Shown: positions 10,500-19,918, numbered from the stretch's first letter. The stretch is DNA of 64,000 nucleotides from an uncultured virus (IMG/VR IMGVR_UViG_3300033520_000026) (IMGVR_UViG_3300033520_000026:62001-126000), one strand, 5' to 3'. The notes: generated by a model from the letters alone, not told the origin. Made by a program: numbers and translations.

Positions 10500-10732
10500 T
10501 AGCCCACGCTGCCATCGTCTTGACCCTCCCCGTTTTGGTTGGTGGCAGCGTGGGGTGTCATCCTTGCCGCTCTAGATCTGGCGTGATACCATCAAAACCA
10601 TGGTAGATTGCGTCCATGCGCATCTCGTGGGAGTGCGCCGATTTTGGCATGGCGATGATCGATCCTGCGGGAAAGACCACATGGAGCCGGTATTTTGTGG
10701 ACGTATACCGCGAACCAGATCATGAGATCTGA
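10500..10732 (+). pseudogene. Degenerate duplicate of the 3' part of 9122..9742
   Basis: Ends WSRYFVDVYREPDHEI* versus WSRYFVDVYRDPDYAV*; in-frame TAG at 10604-10606; 5' boundary approximate. Confidence 0.65.
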
Positions 10733-11288
10733 GAATCCCGTTCCATATCTGCGCTGGCCGGATGTGCGCATTGTTTTTGTGAGTACGTCGGGGGTTTTCG
10801 CGTCGATAACGCGATGGGCAGCGAGTAGCCCGGTAAACCATGTCTATCTTGAGGTGCCTGTTTGGGGGCGGCGCATGGTATGCGATGCGACGATGAGGCA
10901 TGGCGTGCGGTTGATGCCACATGCCCCGTTTGGAGTGCGTGTCATTTCCACGTATCGCTGTCATTTTGACACCACCCCTGGGATCTACTTGTTGATGGAT
11001 CAATTGGGGCGTCCTTACGACAACTGCGGCCGGTTTGGAACCGCGTGGATGCGTTTGGCATGGAGGTGGCTCAGGCTGAAGATGAAGAACTGGCGTTGGA
11101 ACACGCGTGCTATTAAGAGTTCTGAGTTGTCGGTATTGTTCATCAAGGCATGTGATGTTCGATCCACGAGTCTCGTTCCAGATCGCACGGATTTAGTGGA
11201 TATGTTAGGTTGGTGTCAGGCTCGGCCTGGATGGTTCGAGCGGGTTCAGGGAGCGCCGCCCCATTTGGCGCAGCGGGAGCGACGATGA
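10722..11288 (+). CDS. Paralog of the permuted papain-like enzyme with catalytic Cys replaced by Ser
   Basis: PVWGRRMV and YRC.F shared with 9765..10295; IKSSEL versus IKCSEL. Confidence 0.7.
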   Translation: MRSENPVPYLRWPDVRIVFVSTSGVFASITRWAASSPVNHVYLEVPVWGRRMVCDATMRHGVRLMPHAPFGVRVISTYRCHFDTTPGIYLLMDQLGRPYDNCGRFGTAWMRLAWRWLRLKMKNWRWNTRAIKSSELSVLFIKACDVRSTSLVPDRTDLVDMLGWCQARPGWFERVQGAPPHLAQRERR

Positions 11289-11698
11289 CGACATGGTTGC
11301 ACAAGACGCAGGCGTGGGTCGAGCGCTACTGGCAGTGGGTTGTAGCGGGGTTGGGGGCTGGGGCGGCACTTGTGGCGACATTGGTGGTTCGACGAAAGAG
11401 CCATAAAGATCCAGAGCCCGTGGTGCCGGAGGTGGTAGTCGATCCTAGCCCGGCGTTGGGACCGTTGGCGGACATCGGCCCGCAGGTGGAAGCGATTGAG
11501 GCCGTGGTGCGGGATGAGGCGGCGCATGATGCCGTTGAAACGAAGGAGGCCCACGATGCGATTAACGCTGCTGATAGCATTTCTGCTGTCACTGATATTC
11601 TGTATGGCCGCACCAAGTCGAGCGACGTCCCTGCCTCCACGTCCGACGGTGGAGCTGCCCCTACCGATGGGGTTCGAGGAAAAAACAAGCGGCGGTGA
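11285..11698 (+). CDS. N-terminal TM protein, candidate i-spanin-like
   Basis: Single TM followed by RRK and a helical domain. Confidence 0.5.
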   Translation: MTTWLHKTQAWVERYWQWVVAGLGAGAALVATLVVRRKSHKDPEPVVPEVVVDPSPALGPLADIGPQVEAIEAVVRDEAAHDAVETKEAHDAINAADSISAVTDILYGRTKSSDVPASTSDGGAAPTDGVRGKNKRR

Positions 11699-12011
11699 GG
11701 CGCAGTGTTTTTTGCTTCCCGAGTGGAAGGAGATGGCGCACATCGTTGTGGACTATCGGTTGTTGATGGCGTGGGCGGGCCAGGCGGAGGTGTTGTACGC
11801 TACGGCGAGTATTAGCAAATCGACGGCAGAGGCGACGGCGAAGGTGGCATTGGCGTCTCAGCAGGCGGCCGTATTGAGAGAGAAGGCATCGCGGGAGAAG
11901 GCGGAAAAGGAGCGTAAGAAGTCGCAACGGCGGGGATGGTTAGCGGCAAGTTTTGGATTAGCGGCTATCGTACTTGGTGGCGTTGTGGTTGTCGTTGTAG
12001 CGGGGAAATAG
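11556..12011 (+). CDS. Signal peptide + coiled coil + C-terminal TM protein, candidate spanin-like
   Basis: AGGAGG SD; MRLTLLIAFLLSLIFC; overlaps upstream gene in another frame. Confidence 0.55.
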   Translation: MRLTLLIAFLLSLIFCMAAPSRATSLPPRPTVELPLPMGFEEKTSGGEAQCFLLPEWKEMAHIVVDYRLLMAWAGQAEVLYATASISKSTAEATAKVALASQQAAVLREKASREKAEKERKKSQRRGWLAASFGLAAIVLGGVVVVVVAGK

Positions 12012-12012
12012 C

Positions 12013-12489
12013 ATGATCCTGTTGCGTCCAGATCCGGTTGATGTTGCGCTCCAGATCCTTGCGACTGGCCTGGACGGTGCGCCTAAACTGGACGTGGTAA
12101 GTGGCACGGTGCGCGTGTATCGGGTGACGGGAGCGGGAGAGGTGGAGATTTTCCCGGTAACGGCGTTGGCGAACGTGGCTGGCACGAGCACATGGAGATT
12201 GTTGTGGACATCTGCCACGCTGGTAGTTGGGCAGTACGTCGCGGAGTATCGGTTAGTTGACCTCTATGGCCAGGAGTGCGTGGCTCAAGAGGATGTCGTG
12301 GTGCATGATTTGGCGTTGCAGGCGGACCTTGCGTTGGTGCGGCAGGTGGAGACAGGGCGCTGGCGCATTGTAGCCAACCAGATGATTTTCTTTGGTGATG
12401 ATGGAATTACGCCGATCCTGACGTTCAACTTGAAGAACGAGTCGGGTATTCCGGCGATGGACGAGGTGTTCGAGCGGGTGCCAGTATGA
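12013..12489 (+). CDS. Putative virion protein (beta-rich)
   Basis: ORF in structural module. Confidence 0.55.
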   Translation: MILLRPDPVDVALQILATGLDGAPKLDVVSGTVRVYRVTGAGEVEIFPVTALANVAGTSTWRLLWTSATLVVGQYVAEYRLVDLYGQECVAQEDVVVHDLALQADLALVRQVETGRWRIVANQMIFFGDDGITPILTFNLKNESGIPAMDEVFERVPV

Positions 12490-12650
12490 TTGGCCAGAGG
12501 ATCATCACGCGTGGGATGGGTCGAGAGCAGCAGCTTCTTTGCACGCGTGGATATGGCAGGTTGCGGGCTCGTATTCGTGAGGTCATTCGGCTTTGTGGTT
12601 GTATAGCGCAGCAGATTTGGATTAGGTCGCCATGGAAGCCGACCGAATAG
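12486..12650 (+). CDS. Small hypothetical protein (54 aa, not in ORF track)
   Basis: ATGA overlap; MIGQRIITRGMG. Confidence 0.4.
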   Translation: MIGQRIITRGMGREQQLLCTRGYGRLRARIREVIRLCGCIAQQIWIRSPWKPTE

Positions 12651-12811
12651 CAGTTGTTTCACGGTTTTCTGGGTTTCGCATCGAACTCGTTTCGCGGCCT
12701 GGGCAGCGGATCACGATGACTTCTCGTTCGACGAGACGATTGGATGTACAATCGCCATTTGGGACTCAGATCCGCGTAGCGTCTGCCCTATCACTGGAGG
12801 AGCTTCGATGA
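12632..12811 (+). CDS. Small hypothetical protein (59 aa, not in ORF track)
   Basis: Fills gap; ATGA overlap with 12808. Confidence 0.4.
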   Translation: MEADRIAVVSRFSGFRIELVSRPGQRITMTSRSTRRLDVQSPFGTQIRVASALSLEELR

Positions 12812-13119
12812 GCGTGTGTCAAACAGGGTGTGGAAGCAGCAAATACTATGTGGGAGACGTTGGAACCGAGTTGATTGTCGATGTGTGTGTGGACATCACG
12901 ACGGCGGTGGCGTCAAAGCTGTACGTCATGAAGCCTGGGGCAACCTTGGCGGTGGAGTGGGCGGCGGGAGTGTATCAGACGCAGTACCTACGGTACGTGA
13001 TCCAGGCAGGCGACTTGAGCGTGCCTGGGGAGTTCAAGGTGCAGGCGTGGGTGCAGCTCCCGAGCGGGTCGTGGCGCGGGGACGTGGGCACGTTTCGTGT
13101 GTATCCGCCTTTCGCCTAA
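12808..13119 (+). CDS. BppU-N-like baseplate/receptor-binding adaptor domain protein
   Basis: GDVGT...KP...YVIQAGDLSVPGEFKVQAWV...F.V pattern. Confidence 0.6.
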   Translation: MSVCQTGCGSSKYYVGDVGTELIVDVCVDITTAVASKLYVMKPGATLAVEWAAGVYQTQYLRYVIQAGDLSVPGEFKVQAWVQLPSGSWRGDVGTFRVYPPFA

Positions 13120-13195
13120 TTTATAGATGGCAGCCATCGGCGGTGCTACGCTGAAGGTTGCAGACGCAGAGAACAACACCAAACAGGAGGACACT

Positions 13196-13777
13196 ATGGG
13201 TTACGAGAAGCTGAGCCAGTCGGTGGTCACGGATCAGGAAGCGCAGTTTGCCGGGGACGTCGAGGCCACGTTCTTCGAGATGCCGTACCTGGCCGGGCTC
13301 CCTCCAGTTGCGCCGGACAAGAGCACGACACGCCTGTACACGGACACGGCTGGGCACACCAAGCTGCGGAATGCAGCGGGGGCGGTGCTGGACCTGACGG
13401 CTGGCGCGCTGGCAGGGTCGGACGCGCGGTCGCTGTCGGAGGTGCTCTTGGCGGTTGCAGCCACGACGACCAAGCGGGTTTTTCGGGCGCTGACCGATGG
13501 TGCGATCCGTGAGGTGGCGGCAGAGATCGGGACCGTGGCGGCGGCGGCCGAGTCGCTCTCCATCGACATTCTCATCGCTGGCGTTTCCGCGCTGACCGCT
13601 CCCATCGTCATTGACAGCACGGTGCTCATCAACACCCCGGTGGAGGGATTGATCGATGCGACATCCAACGAGTACGTGGTGGGCGATTTGATCACGGTGT
13701 CATTTGCCTATACGGCAGGCGGCGGCCCAACCCCCATGGCAAACGCCATTGTTGGGATTGGCGTACAGAGCGCGTGA
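13196..13777 (+). CDS. Putative virion protein
   Basis: AGGAGG SD; Ala/Thr/Gly-rich. Confidence 0.6.
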   Translation: MGYEKLSQSVVTDQEAQFAGDVEATFFEMPYLAGLPPVAPDKSTTRLYTDTAGHTKLRNAAGAVLDLTAGALAGSDARSLSEVLLAVAATTTKRVFRALTDGAIREVAAEIGTVAAAAESLSIDILIAGVSALTAPIVIDSTVLINTPVEGLIDATSNEYVVGDLITVSFAYTAGGGPTPMANAIVGIGVQSA

Positions 13778-13786
13778 TTGTAGGCG

Positions 13787-14134
13787 ATGTTTGACTACCA
13801 GGCGCGTGTGGTGTCGGTCATCGACGAGTACATGGTGGAATTGGCGGTTGATCTCGGGCTAGGAGTCACGAAGACAGACCGTTTTTTCCTGTTTGGAGTC
13901 GATTTGTCTGTGAGTCACATGGCATATCCGCAACACAGGCAACGTGCCAGGACTCGATTGCGTGAGATCCTCAACCAGACCATAAACGGCAAGGTGTATG
14001 TCCTCACGGTGCGCAATCCACATGACCCATATGGAAGCTATCTAGCGCGCATTCTGGTGCCTACTCAGAGTGGAGTATGGGATGTAGGGGCAATGCTTGT
14101 TGACGAGTGCCTAGCGCGTCCTAGCGCGTCCTAA
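13787..14134 (+). CDS. Thermonuclease (SNase)-like protein, catalytic motifs degenerate
   Basis: YQARVVSVID...VDLGLG...LFGVD...DPYGSYLA; DGDT appears as DEYM. Confidence 0.55.
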   Translation: MFDYQARVVSVIDEYMVELAVDLGLGVTKTDRFFLFGVDLSVSHMAYPQHRQRARTRLREILNQTINGKVYVLTVRNPHDPYGSYLARILVPTQSGVWDVGAMLVDECLARPSAS

Positions 14135-14197
14135 CGATGTGAAAAGATAGATCCGCCTTTCGCCATCGTGCTACAAAGTAAGAATTGGAGGTACGAC

Positions 14198-14944
14198 ATG
14201 CCAGGACGCGACGTGAATCCACGATTTATGCAGCGGTGTGTGGCAGATGTGACGGCGACTGGCAAAGAGCTTGGGTCGGCCTTCGCAATCTGTACGGCGC
14301 AATCCCAGAAGTCTGGCTACACTAAAAAGGGCTCGTCCAAGATGACCGGCAAGGGTGCCGCGAGGGAACGAGCTTTCAAGAATGCGCCGGATATGGACCA
14401 GAAGAATGCAGATTACGAGCGTGCGGTGCAGGCCGGGCGCAAGCAGGAGGAGACCAGCATGCGGAGTATGATTCGACAACTCGAAGAGGGCTCACAGGGT
14501 CGTCCACGCCATCGTGAGATCTTGTCTGAGATCAAGGCGATGGAGTTGGAAGTGCAACGCATGGCGGAGCGCATCTCGGAGGACGGCGACGAGAAGCTGG
14601 CCGGGTATGCCATGGAGGCCGCTGGCATGCTGGGCAAGGCATGGGTGCGCATGGCCTTCTTCGTGAAGAGCGCCGCTGGAAAGACGATCCGATCCGAGGA
14701 GACGGATGCGGACGATGGCGTGCTGGACGAGCGATTCGGTCGTCGTCAATCCTACAGCCGAGATCCCTACCTCACGAAGGCGAAGGTCGCAGGGACCGAC
14801 GCCAAGGGCCTGGCCTACAAGAAGGGCGACGAGGTCATGATCTACAAGGACGGGACCACGTATGCCGGGGCCAACAAGGACCAGGCGTGGCGGGATTTCC
14901 AGGCGGCCAAGGATGATGAAGCCTTCATGGGTGGCGGGTACTGA
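14198..14944 (+). CDS. Putative head-internal protein with internal MRSMIRQLEE tag (14459)
   Basis: GGAGG SD; tag motif. Confidence 0.7.
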   Translation: MPGRDVNPRFMQRCVADVTATGKELGSAFAICTAQSQKSGYTKKGSSKMTGKGAARERAFKNAPDMDQKNADYERAVQAGRKQEETSMRSMIRQLEEGSQGRPRHREILSEIKAMELEVQRMAERISEDGDEKLAGYAMEAAGMLGKAWVRMAFFVKSAAGKTIRSEETDADDGVLDERFGRRQSYSRDPYLTKAKVAGTDAKGLAYKKGDEVMIYKDGTTYAGANKDQAWRDFQAAKDDEAFMGGGY

Positions 14945-14952
14945 GATCTGAC

Positions 14953-14968
14953 GCGAACCCAGGTTCGC
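14953..14968. repeat. Dispersed palindrome copy 5, GCGAACCCAGGTTCGC
   Basis: Intergenic. Confidence 0.95.
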
Positions 14969-14986
14969 CTATTGACGAGGCACACG

Positions 14987-16441
14987 ATGGCAGAAAAATT
15001 GGACCATGGCGTTGTCAACCTGCCGCTCGACAAGCGCGGGGGTGGGAGCCTGGACGCGCAGATCGACCGCTTCAAAGCTGGGCAGCAGCGGGATGCCAAG
15101 GCAGCGGCCAAGGACAAGCACGCGAGATCCGTGGAGGCTAAGGACTTCGTGGACAACATGGACGACGCGCAGCTTCGGCGACTGGCAGAGAAATCAGGGA
15201 TGACGGTGGTGCAGGCGCGCAAGAAGCTGCTGAGCATGGCGCGTTTTGAACCGGACAAGGTGCTGCGGCTCAAGGCTGCACAACCCACGGAGGAGACGAT
15301 GCGGAGCTTGATCCGGCAACTGGAAGAGGGGGCTGTTTGGCAAAAAGACAGCGCAGGGAAATATGAACGACTGCCACCTGGAGAAGCGCGGGCTGATGAT
15401 ATTCGATCACGCCTACGTGTGATGAGTGACAAGGCGGCATCTCAGAAGGCACGCGACAATTTTGATCGGTTGATGCGTGGCATGGCAAAGAAGCCCGCCG
15501 CACGGAAACATGCTTTCATAGACAATATCGAACGCGTTTTCGATAGCTTCCTTGGTGACAAGGGATTCAGAGCAGACAAGGACGCGGTTGCACGCTCCAA
15601 GGCTGCTGATAATGGGTCAGATGCTATGGTGGACATGAAGACGGGCGAGCACATGTCACAGAAGCAAATAGACCAGCGAGATGCGCGAGCTAAGCAGGCT
15701 GCCAAGGAGCGAGAGGCAGATGCGGAGAAACGACAGGAAACAGAACGGAAGAAAGAGTTGATGGCCGGTGGTGGTCACGTCGGCGGGAAGAAGATCTTCT
15801 CTGGCGAGAAGGCGTCATTGGATAAGCTCAAGGCTGGTGGACCGGTGAGAAAGGGCGTGGACGCGGGTGGCGAGGGGACGATGCCAGGGCCAGAGGGCGA
15901 GGTGGAGGGCAAGTGGGTGACGGTGCGTGGAAAGCGAATGTTCTTTCCGAACGATCCCGGGGAGGGCGTGCCCGAGGGTCCGTGGGGTGGTGCGCCATGG
16001 CGTCCCGGCTGGACTGGCAAGGGCGGGGATTGGCGGAAGGGACGCGGTGTTCCTAAACAAAAGGGGCAGATGAGTCTCTTTGGCAAAAACGAGGACATGC
16101 AGTCGCTATTCCAACGCCTGGAAGAGGAAGCCGGTCGGTCTAAAGAGATCGCGGACGAGATTTTGCGGCAGTTGGGCGGGCGGCGCTTCCTGGTAATGAC
16201 GGGCGCGAGGAACCTGCTGGCGTTTGACACGCTGGACGCGGAGCGGAAGTGGCCTGGCTTGCAGGTGCAGTTTCCACATGGGAACGCCAAGGTGATGCGG
16301 ATCGCGTTGGCACCGGACGACACCTATGTGATCCAGTTCATGACGCGGGCGGGGCGAATAACCAAGGAGATGGACGACATCTACTCGGAGGTGCTCCAGC
16401 GCGTGGTGTCGGACTACACGGGCTTGGCCCTGAGCCTGTAA
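14987..16441 (+). CDS. Multi-module putative head-internal protein with two tags (15299, 16097)
   Basis: MRSLIRQLEE and MQSLFQRLEE; KWVTVRGKRMF motif; C-terminal ILRQLGGRRFLVMTGA domain. Confidence 0.75.
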   Translation: MAEKLDHGVVNLPLDKRGGGSLDAQIDRFKAGQQRDAKAAAKDKHARSVEAKDFVDNMDDAQLRRLAEKSGMTVVQARKKLLSMARFEPDKVLRLKAAQPTEETMRSLIRQLEEGAVWQKDSAGKYERLPPGEARADDIRSRLRVMSDKAASQKARDNFDRLMRGMAKKPAARKHAFIDNIERVFDSFLGDKGFRADKDAVARSKAADNGSDAMVDMKTGEHMSQKQIDQRDARAKQAAKEREADAEKRQETERKKELMAGGGHVGGKKIFSGEKASLDKLKAGGPVRKGVDAGGEGTMPGPEGEVEGKWVTVRGKRMFFPNDPGEGVPEGPWGGAPWRPGWTGKGGDWRKGRGVPKQKGQMSLFGKNEDMQSLFQRLEEEAGRSKEIADEILRQLGGRRFLVMTGARNLLAFDTLDAERKWPGLQVQFPHGNAKVMRIALAPDDTYVIQFMTRAGRITKEMDDIYSEVLQRVVSDYTGLALSL

Positions 16442-16450
16442 GGAGATCCC

Positions 16451-17092
16451 ATGGGACGATTGGCGATCCTGTCCGAGGCGATCATGCAGGTGGCGCGGCC
16501 CCCGGCGATCCCGGAGGATGCGCCCTATCGGCAGGCGCTGGCGCTCCTGCGGGACGGGCGCATGCCGAACGGGGGCACCTGGCGGGACGGCCCGCCGCCG
16601 CTGTTCGTGCGGCTGGGCGGGGCGGACACCTGCGTGGTGGTGCGCATGGGCCAGGAGGCGGTGGACGATACGCTCGGGCGGGGCACTCGCTACACGGGGC
16701 GCTTCGCGGTGCGCCCGGCGCGGGGCACGAGCGCGGGCGTGAGCATCGATCCGAGCGCGACGGAGGCGTTCATGTCGCAGGCGCTGGCGGCGCCCTGTGA
16801 CGACCACCTGGCGCTGGAGCGGCTGGGGGCGGCGATGCGCGTGGTGGCCGAGGAGCGGGAGGAGGCGATACGCGGGGCGATCCGGTCGCTGTTCTGGGAG
16901 GACGGGCTGTGGCGCTTCGTGGGGTGGCCGCAGCGGGATCGCTGGGTGCTGAGCGACCTGTCGGTGGGGCGGATCGACCTGGGCGAGGCGCTGGTGGATG
17001 AGAATCGCGGCGAGAGCTGGGTGGCGAAGCGCTGGGAGGCGTGGGTGCCGCTGACGGTAGACATTGAGGCGATGCTACGGAGGCGAGCATGA
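16451..17092 (+). CDS. Hypothetical protein
   Basis: AAGGAG SD; very GC-rich. Confidence 0.6.
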   Translation: MGRLAILSEAIMQVARPPAIPEDAPYRQALALLRDGRMPNGGTWRDGPPPLFVRLGGADTCVVVRMGQEAVDDTLGRGTRYTGRFAVRPARGTSAGVSIDPSATEAFMSQALAAPCDDHLALERLGAAMRVVAEEREEAIRGAIRSLFWEDGLWRFVGWPQRDRWVLSDLSVGRIDLGEALVDENRGESWVAKRWEAWVPLTVDIEAMLRRRA

Positions 17093-17427
17093 AGAAGCAG
17101 GACAAGGCAGCGGGGACGGCGAGGAGTGGCCAGGACATGCTCCGGAAGGGCCTGGAGACCTGGCTGGCGCGACACCCGGTGTTTGTGGAGGTGCGAGTGA
17201 CGGGGGCGGAGCCGGAGGCGCTGGTGGGGCCCCTGGAGACGGTGGGCGAGCAGATGGACGCGCTGAAGGCGGCGGCGCCCGAGGCGCGGTTCGAGCTGGT
17301 GGGGTTCGGGTCGGCGCTGTCGGCGGAAGAGGCCCCGGAGGGGGAGGAGGGCGAGGCTGAGGGTGAGGGCCAGGAGGAGGCCGTGGCGCAGTCGTCGATC
17401 TGGGCGGCGCGGGGCGCAGGGCAATAG
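17089..17427 (+). CDS. Acidic hypothetical protein
   Basis: ATGA overlap. Confidence 0.55.
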   Translation: MKKQDKAAGTARSGQDMLRKGLETWLARHPVFVEVRVTGAEPEALVGPLETVGEQMDALKAAAPEARFELVGFGSALSAEEAPEGEEGEAEGEGQEEAVAQSSIWAARGAGQ

Positions 17428-17461
17428 GCGAAGGATCAGGTCGCAAACCAAGGAGGCATAG

Positions 17462-17827
17462 ATGCCGCTATCCGTTTCAACGCAGGTCTCCCCGGTAGGG
17501 AGCAAACTGATCGCGCAGACCAGTGTGGGCTCGACACCGGACAACAACGTCACGGGCGCAGCGGGCACGCTGTACATGGTGGACGTGGACAACACGGCCA
17601 ACACGGTGGACCCGGCGTATTTGAAGGTCTACAGCGACGCTGCGCCGGTCGTGGGGACCACGCCGCCGGACCTCGTGTTTTTGGTCGGCGTGAACAAGCG
17701 GCGGGCGTTCGTGGTGCCAGAGGGCTGGTCCTTCACGGCGCTGTCGTTTGCGTGTGTGACGGCGGGCGGCACGGCAGGCGTGACAGCCCCGACGAGCCCG
17801 GTTGTGGTCAGGATGGTGGCGTCGTGA
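17462..17827 (+). CDS. Putative small virion protein (beta-rich)
   Basis: AAGGAGG SD. Confidence 0.6.
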   Translation: MPLSVSTQVSPVGSKLIAQTSVGSTPDNNVTGAAGTLYMVDVDNTANTVDPAYLKVYSDAAPVVGTTPPDLVFLVGVNKRRAFVVPEGWSFTALSFACVTAGGTAGVTAPTSPVVVRMVAS

Positions 17828-17843
17828 CGAAAAGGATAATCCG

Positions 17844-18806
17844 ATGACCCAGAAGATTCAAATTGGACAAGCGCGAGCCGTCCTCATGCCGAAGGGAATG
17901 CAGTGGTTCGGTATGCAGCAAGCCATTGAGTACATTCCTGCCGAGCGGGCAGACTTGGAGAAAGAGGCTGAGCAGGTGCGCAAGGAGGTGTATGGCGATC
18001 CGCCTTTTGGTGCGCCATCCAATTTGCGCATTCGCATCCCTCATTTTTCCGCTCCGGCAGACGGGCTGACGGGCGGGAAACGGCGTGTCGGTGAGGTGGC
18101 TTTGGCGCACGGCGGACTTCTGGTTTTATCCCCTGTCGAGGAGTTCTCGCGGAGCAAGCTGGAAGAGATTGCGTATGTGATGAAGCAGGGGAAGGATTCC
18201 AACGGACGGCCTGCACGCTTCGCGGTCCTGCTTGGCGTGCAACCTGAGACGTTGACTCTACCAACGGGTCGGGCTCGGGTAGAGAAGGCATTGGCGCTTT
18301 TTGGGACGACGTTGTCGGAGCAAAACAACAGCAACGGAATGATGACGATGCGTGGTCTGATTCGTCGATTGGAAGAGAGTGATCGGGGAACAAAGGCTGC
18401 GTTGACTCGGCTGACCAGGGAGAATGAGAAGTATGACAAGGAACAGGTGTTTGTGGCTCAGTCGGTTTTGGACATGTTGGTCCAGATCGTAAAGCGGTCT
18501 AAGACCAGCGAGTACAACAAGCTCCAGTTCAGCGATATGGATGCGCAGAAGCAATACGACGCGGGATGGAAGCATGTTCGCAAGGCGGTGTCATCCTTCA
18601 AGGAAGCGGTTACTAACGAAGAGTTGGATAGAGGCGGGATCGACGATGGAATGTTCGCCTTGCGTGATGCCGTGATGGCTTTTCAAAAGGTTTCTCTTTT
18701 GCTCCTTCGTGACCTCAGCGTTGATTCTCCAAGGAACTTGATCAAGGGGATCATCGACGAGATCCAGTCGGCTAGAGAGATGTTCAAGATCACGAGTGGA
18801 TTTTGA
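17844..18806 (+). CDS. ComM/YifB (Mg-chelatase-like) fragment fused to a tagged helical domain
   Basis: RIPHFSA...LTGG...GEVALAHGGLLVL...EFSR..LE; tag MRGLIRRLEE at 18348. Confidence 0.65.
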   Translation: MTQKIQIGQARAVLMPKGMQWFGMQQAIEYIPAERADLEKEAEQVRKEVYGDPPFGAPSNLRIRIPHFSAPADGLTGGKRRVGEVALAHGGLLVLSPVEEFSRSKLEEIAYVMKQGKDSNGRPARFAVLLGVQPETLTLPTGRARVEKALALFGTTLSEQNNSNGMMTMRGLIRRLEESDRGTKAALTRLTRENEKYDKEQVFVAQSVLDMLVQIVKRSKTSEYNKLQFSDMDAQKQYDAGWKHVRKAVSSFKEAVTNEELDRGGIDDGMFALRDAVMAFQKVSLLLLRDLSVDSPRNLIKGIIDEIQSAREMFKITSGF

Positions 18807-18834
18807 ATGATGCACGCCAGTAGATGATCAATAC

Positions 18835-18850
18835 GCGAACCTGGGTTCGC
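18835..18850. repeat. Dispersed palindrome copy 6, GCGAACCTGGGTTCGC
   Basis: Directly before AGGAGG SD. Confidence 0.95.
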
Positions 18851-18862
18851 TAGGAGGACAGG

Positions 18863-19387
18863 ATGACGAGGATGCGGTCATTGATCGAGCGGTTGGAAGA
18901 GGCCAAGACGATGAAGGACAAGCCGGAGCCCTACAAGATTGGACAGCGGTTCCAGTTCAAGGTGGGGGACCGCGTGATCTGTAATGGGTATCCCGGCGAA
19001 GTGGAGCGTGTTGTCAAGGAGCGTGGCAGCGTCGAGGTGCGTCTGGAGCGTGGGCATGTGGAAGTGCCCGCTTCCTATCCTGATTGCTACCCAGACAAGG
19101 ATGGATCTGACCTGTCAAGGTCGGACGTGAAGAGCGTAGGGGAACCGAAGAAAGAGGACGAGCCTGCGCCGCGTGGGCGCAACCTGCCAGACTCATGGAG
19201 AATCACGCAGATGTTCCGTGTGGGCAAGGATCGTTATCAGGTGCGGACTTCCTGGAAGGGGATACCGTGGGATGAGCGTGAACAGGTAAATCTCGTGAAT
19301 GACATGCGCGGCGAGCTGTGGCAGCAGCTACGCACGGGGCATTCGCGGTTGCAGTCGATGGGATCCGACCTGTGGGTTCTGCCATAG
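18863..19387 (+). CDS. Tagged protein (MRSLIERLEE) with SH3/KOW-like barrel
   Basis: FKVGDRV...GEV...VEVRL. Confidence 0.65.
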   Translation: MTRMRSLIERLEEAKTMKDKPEPYKIGQRFQFKVGDRVICNGYPGEVERVVKERGSVEVRLERGHVEVPASYPDCYPDKDGSDLSRSDVKSVGEPKKEDEPAPRGRNLPDSWRITQMFRVGKDRYQVRTSWKGIPWDEREQVNLVNDMRGELWQQLRTGHSRLQSMGSDLWVLP

Positions 19388-19489
19388 CTCTCAACGCCTT
19401 GTAGGAGCGTTGACATGAATGTGACGACGCTGTGGCAGCAGTGGCGGAACGAGCTTCTATTGTAGTGGAAGCGTAAAGAATGGACAGTC

Positions 19490-19918
19490 ATGCGACAGAT
19501 CTTGAAGACATTGGAAGAGAAGATGGATCAGGACGAGGCCAAACCGGCTGAGCGTTCCGATGTGGACGCGATTATGCGTGCGATCAACGAGTGGGCGAAG
19601 CAACACCTCGATCCTGACATTCTCGTTTATCCTGTTCAGGGATCACTCTACCTGTCGTTAAGAGGTACGGGTAAGTCGTCACAGCAGCGCCTACTCGCGG
19701 CGAAGAAGCAGTTGGAGAGCCATATTCTTCAGCAGTACAAGCATCGCCGGTGGACGCACGCGAAAAGTCGTGGGGACAAGATGTGGTATTATTACTACGG
19801 AAATAACCCCGAGGGCGTGAAGGTGGGGATGGAGATCACGTTGACGCCGGAGGAGAAATTTGCGGTCTTGAGTGGCGGGTGGAAAGACATCCAAGGAGAT
19901 GCCATTCACCGAGGGTGA
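19490..19918 (+). CDS. Tagged hypothetical protein (MRQILKTLEE)
   Basis: Tag variant at N-terminus. Confidence 0.65.
   Translation: MRQILKTLEEKMDQDEAKPAERSDVDAIMRAINEWAKQHLDPDILVYPVQGSLYLSLRGTGKSSQQRLLAAKKQLESHILQQYKHRRWTHAKSRGDKMWYYYYGNNPEGVKVGMEITLTPEEKFAVLSGGWKDIQGDAIHRG

Noticed and set aside
10604..10606. TAG stop-codon reassignment
   Set aside because: Many intact genes end cleanly in TAG (1085, 3538, 7693, 60844) and conserved genes are not fragmented; a single pseudogene lesion is simpler
14110..14134. 10-bp tandem duplication CCTAGCGCGT
   Set aside because: Isolated slippage-type duplication at a gene end; no wider pattern
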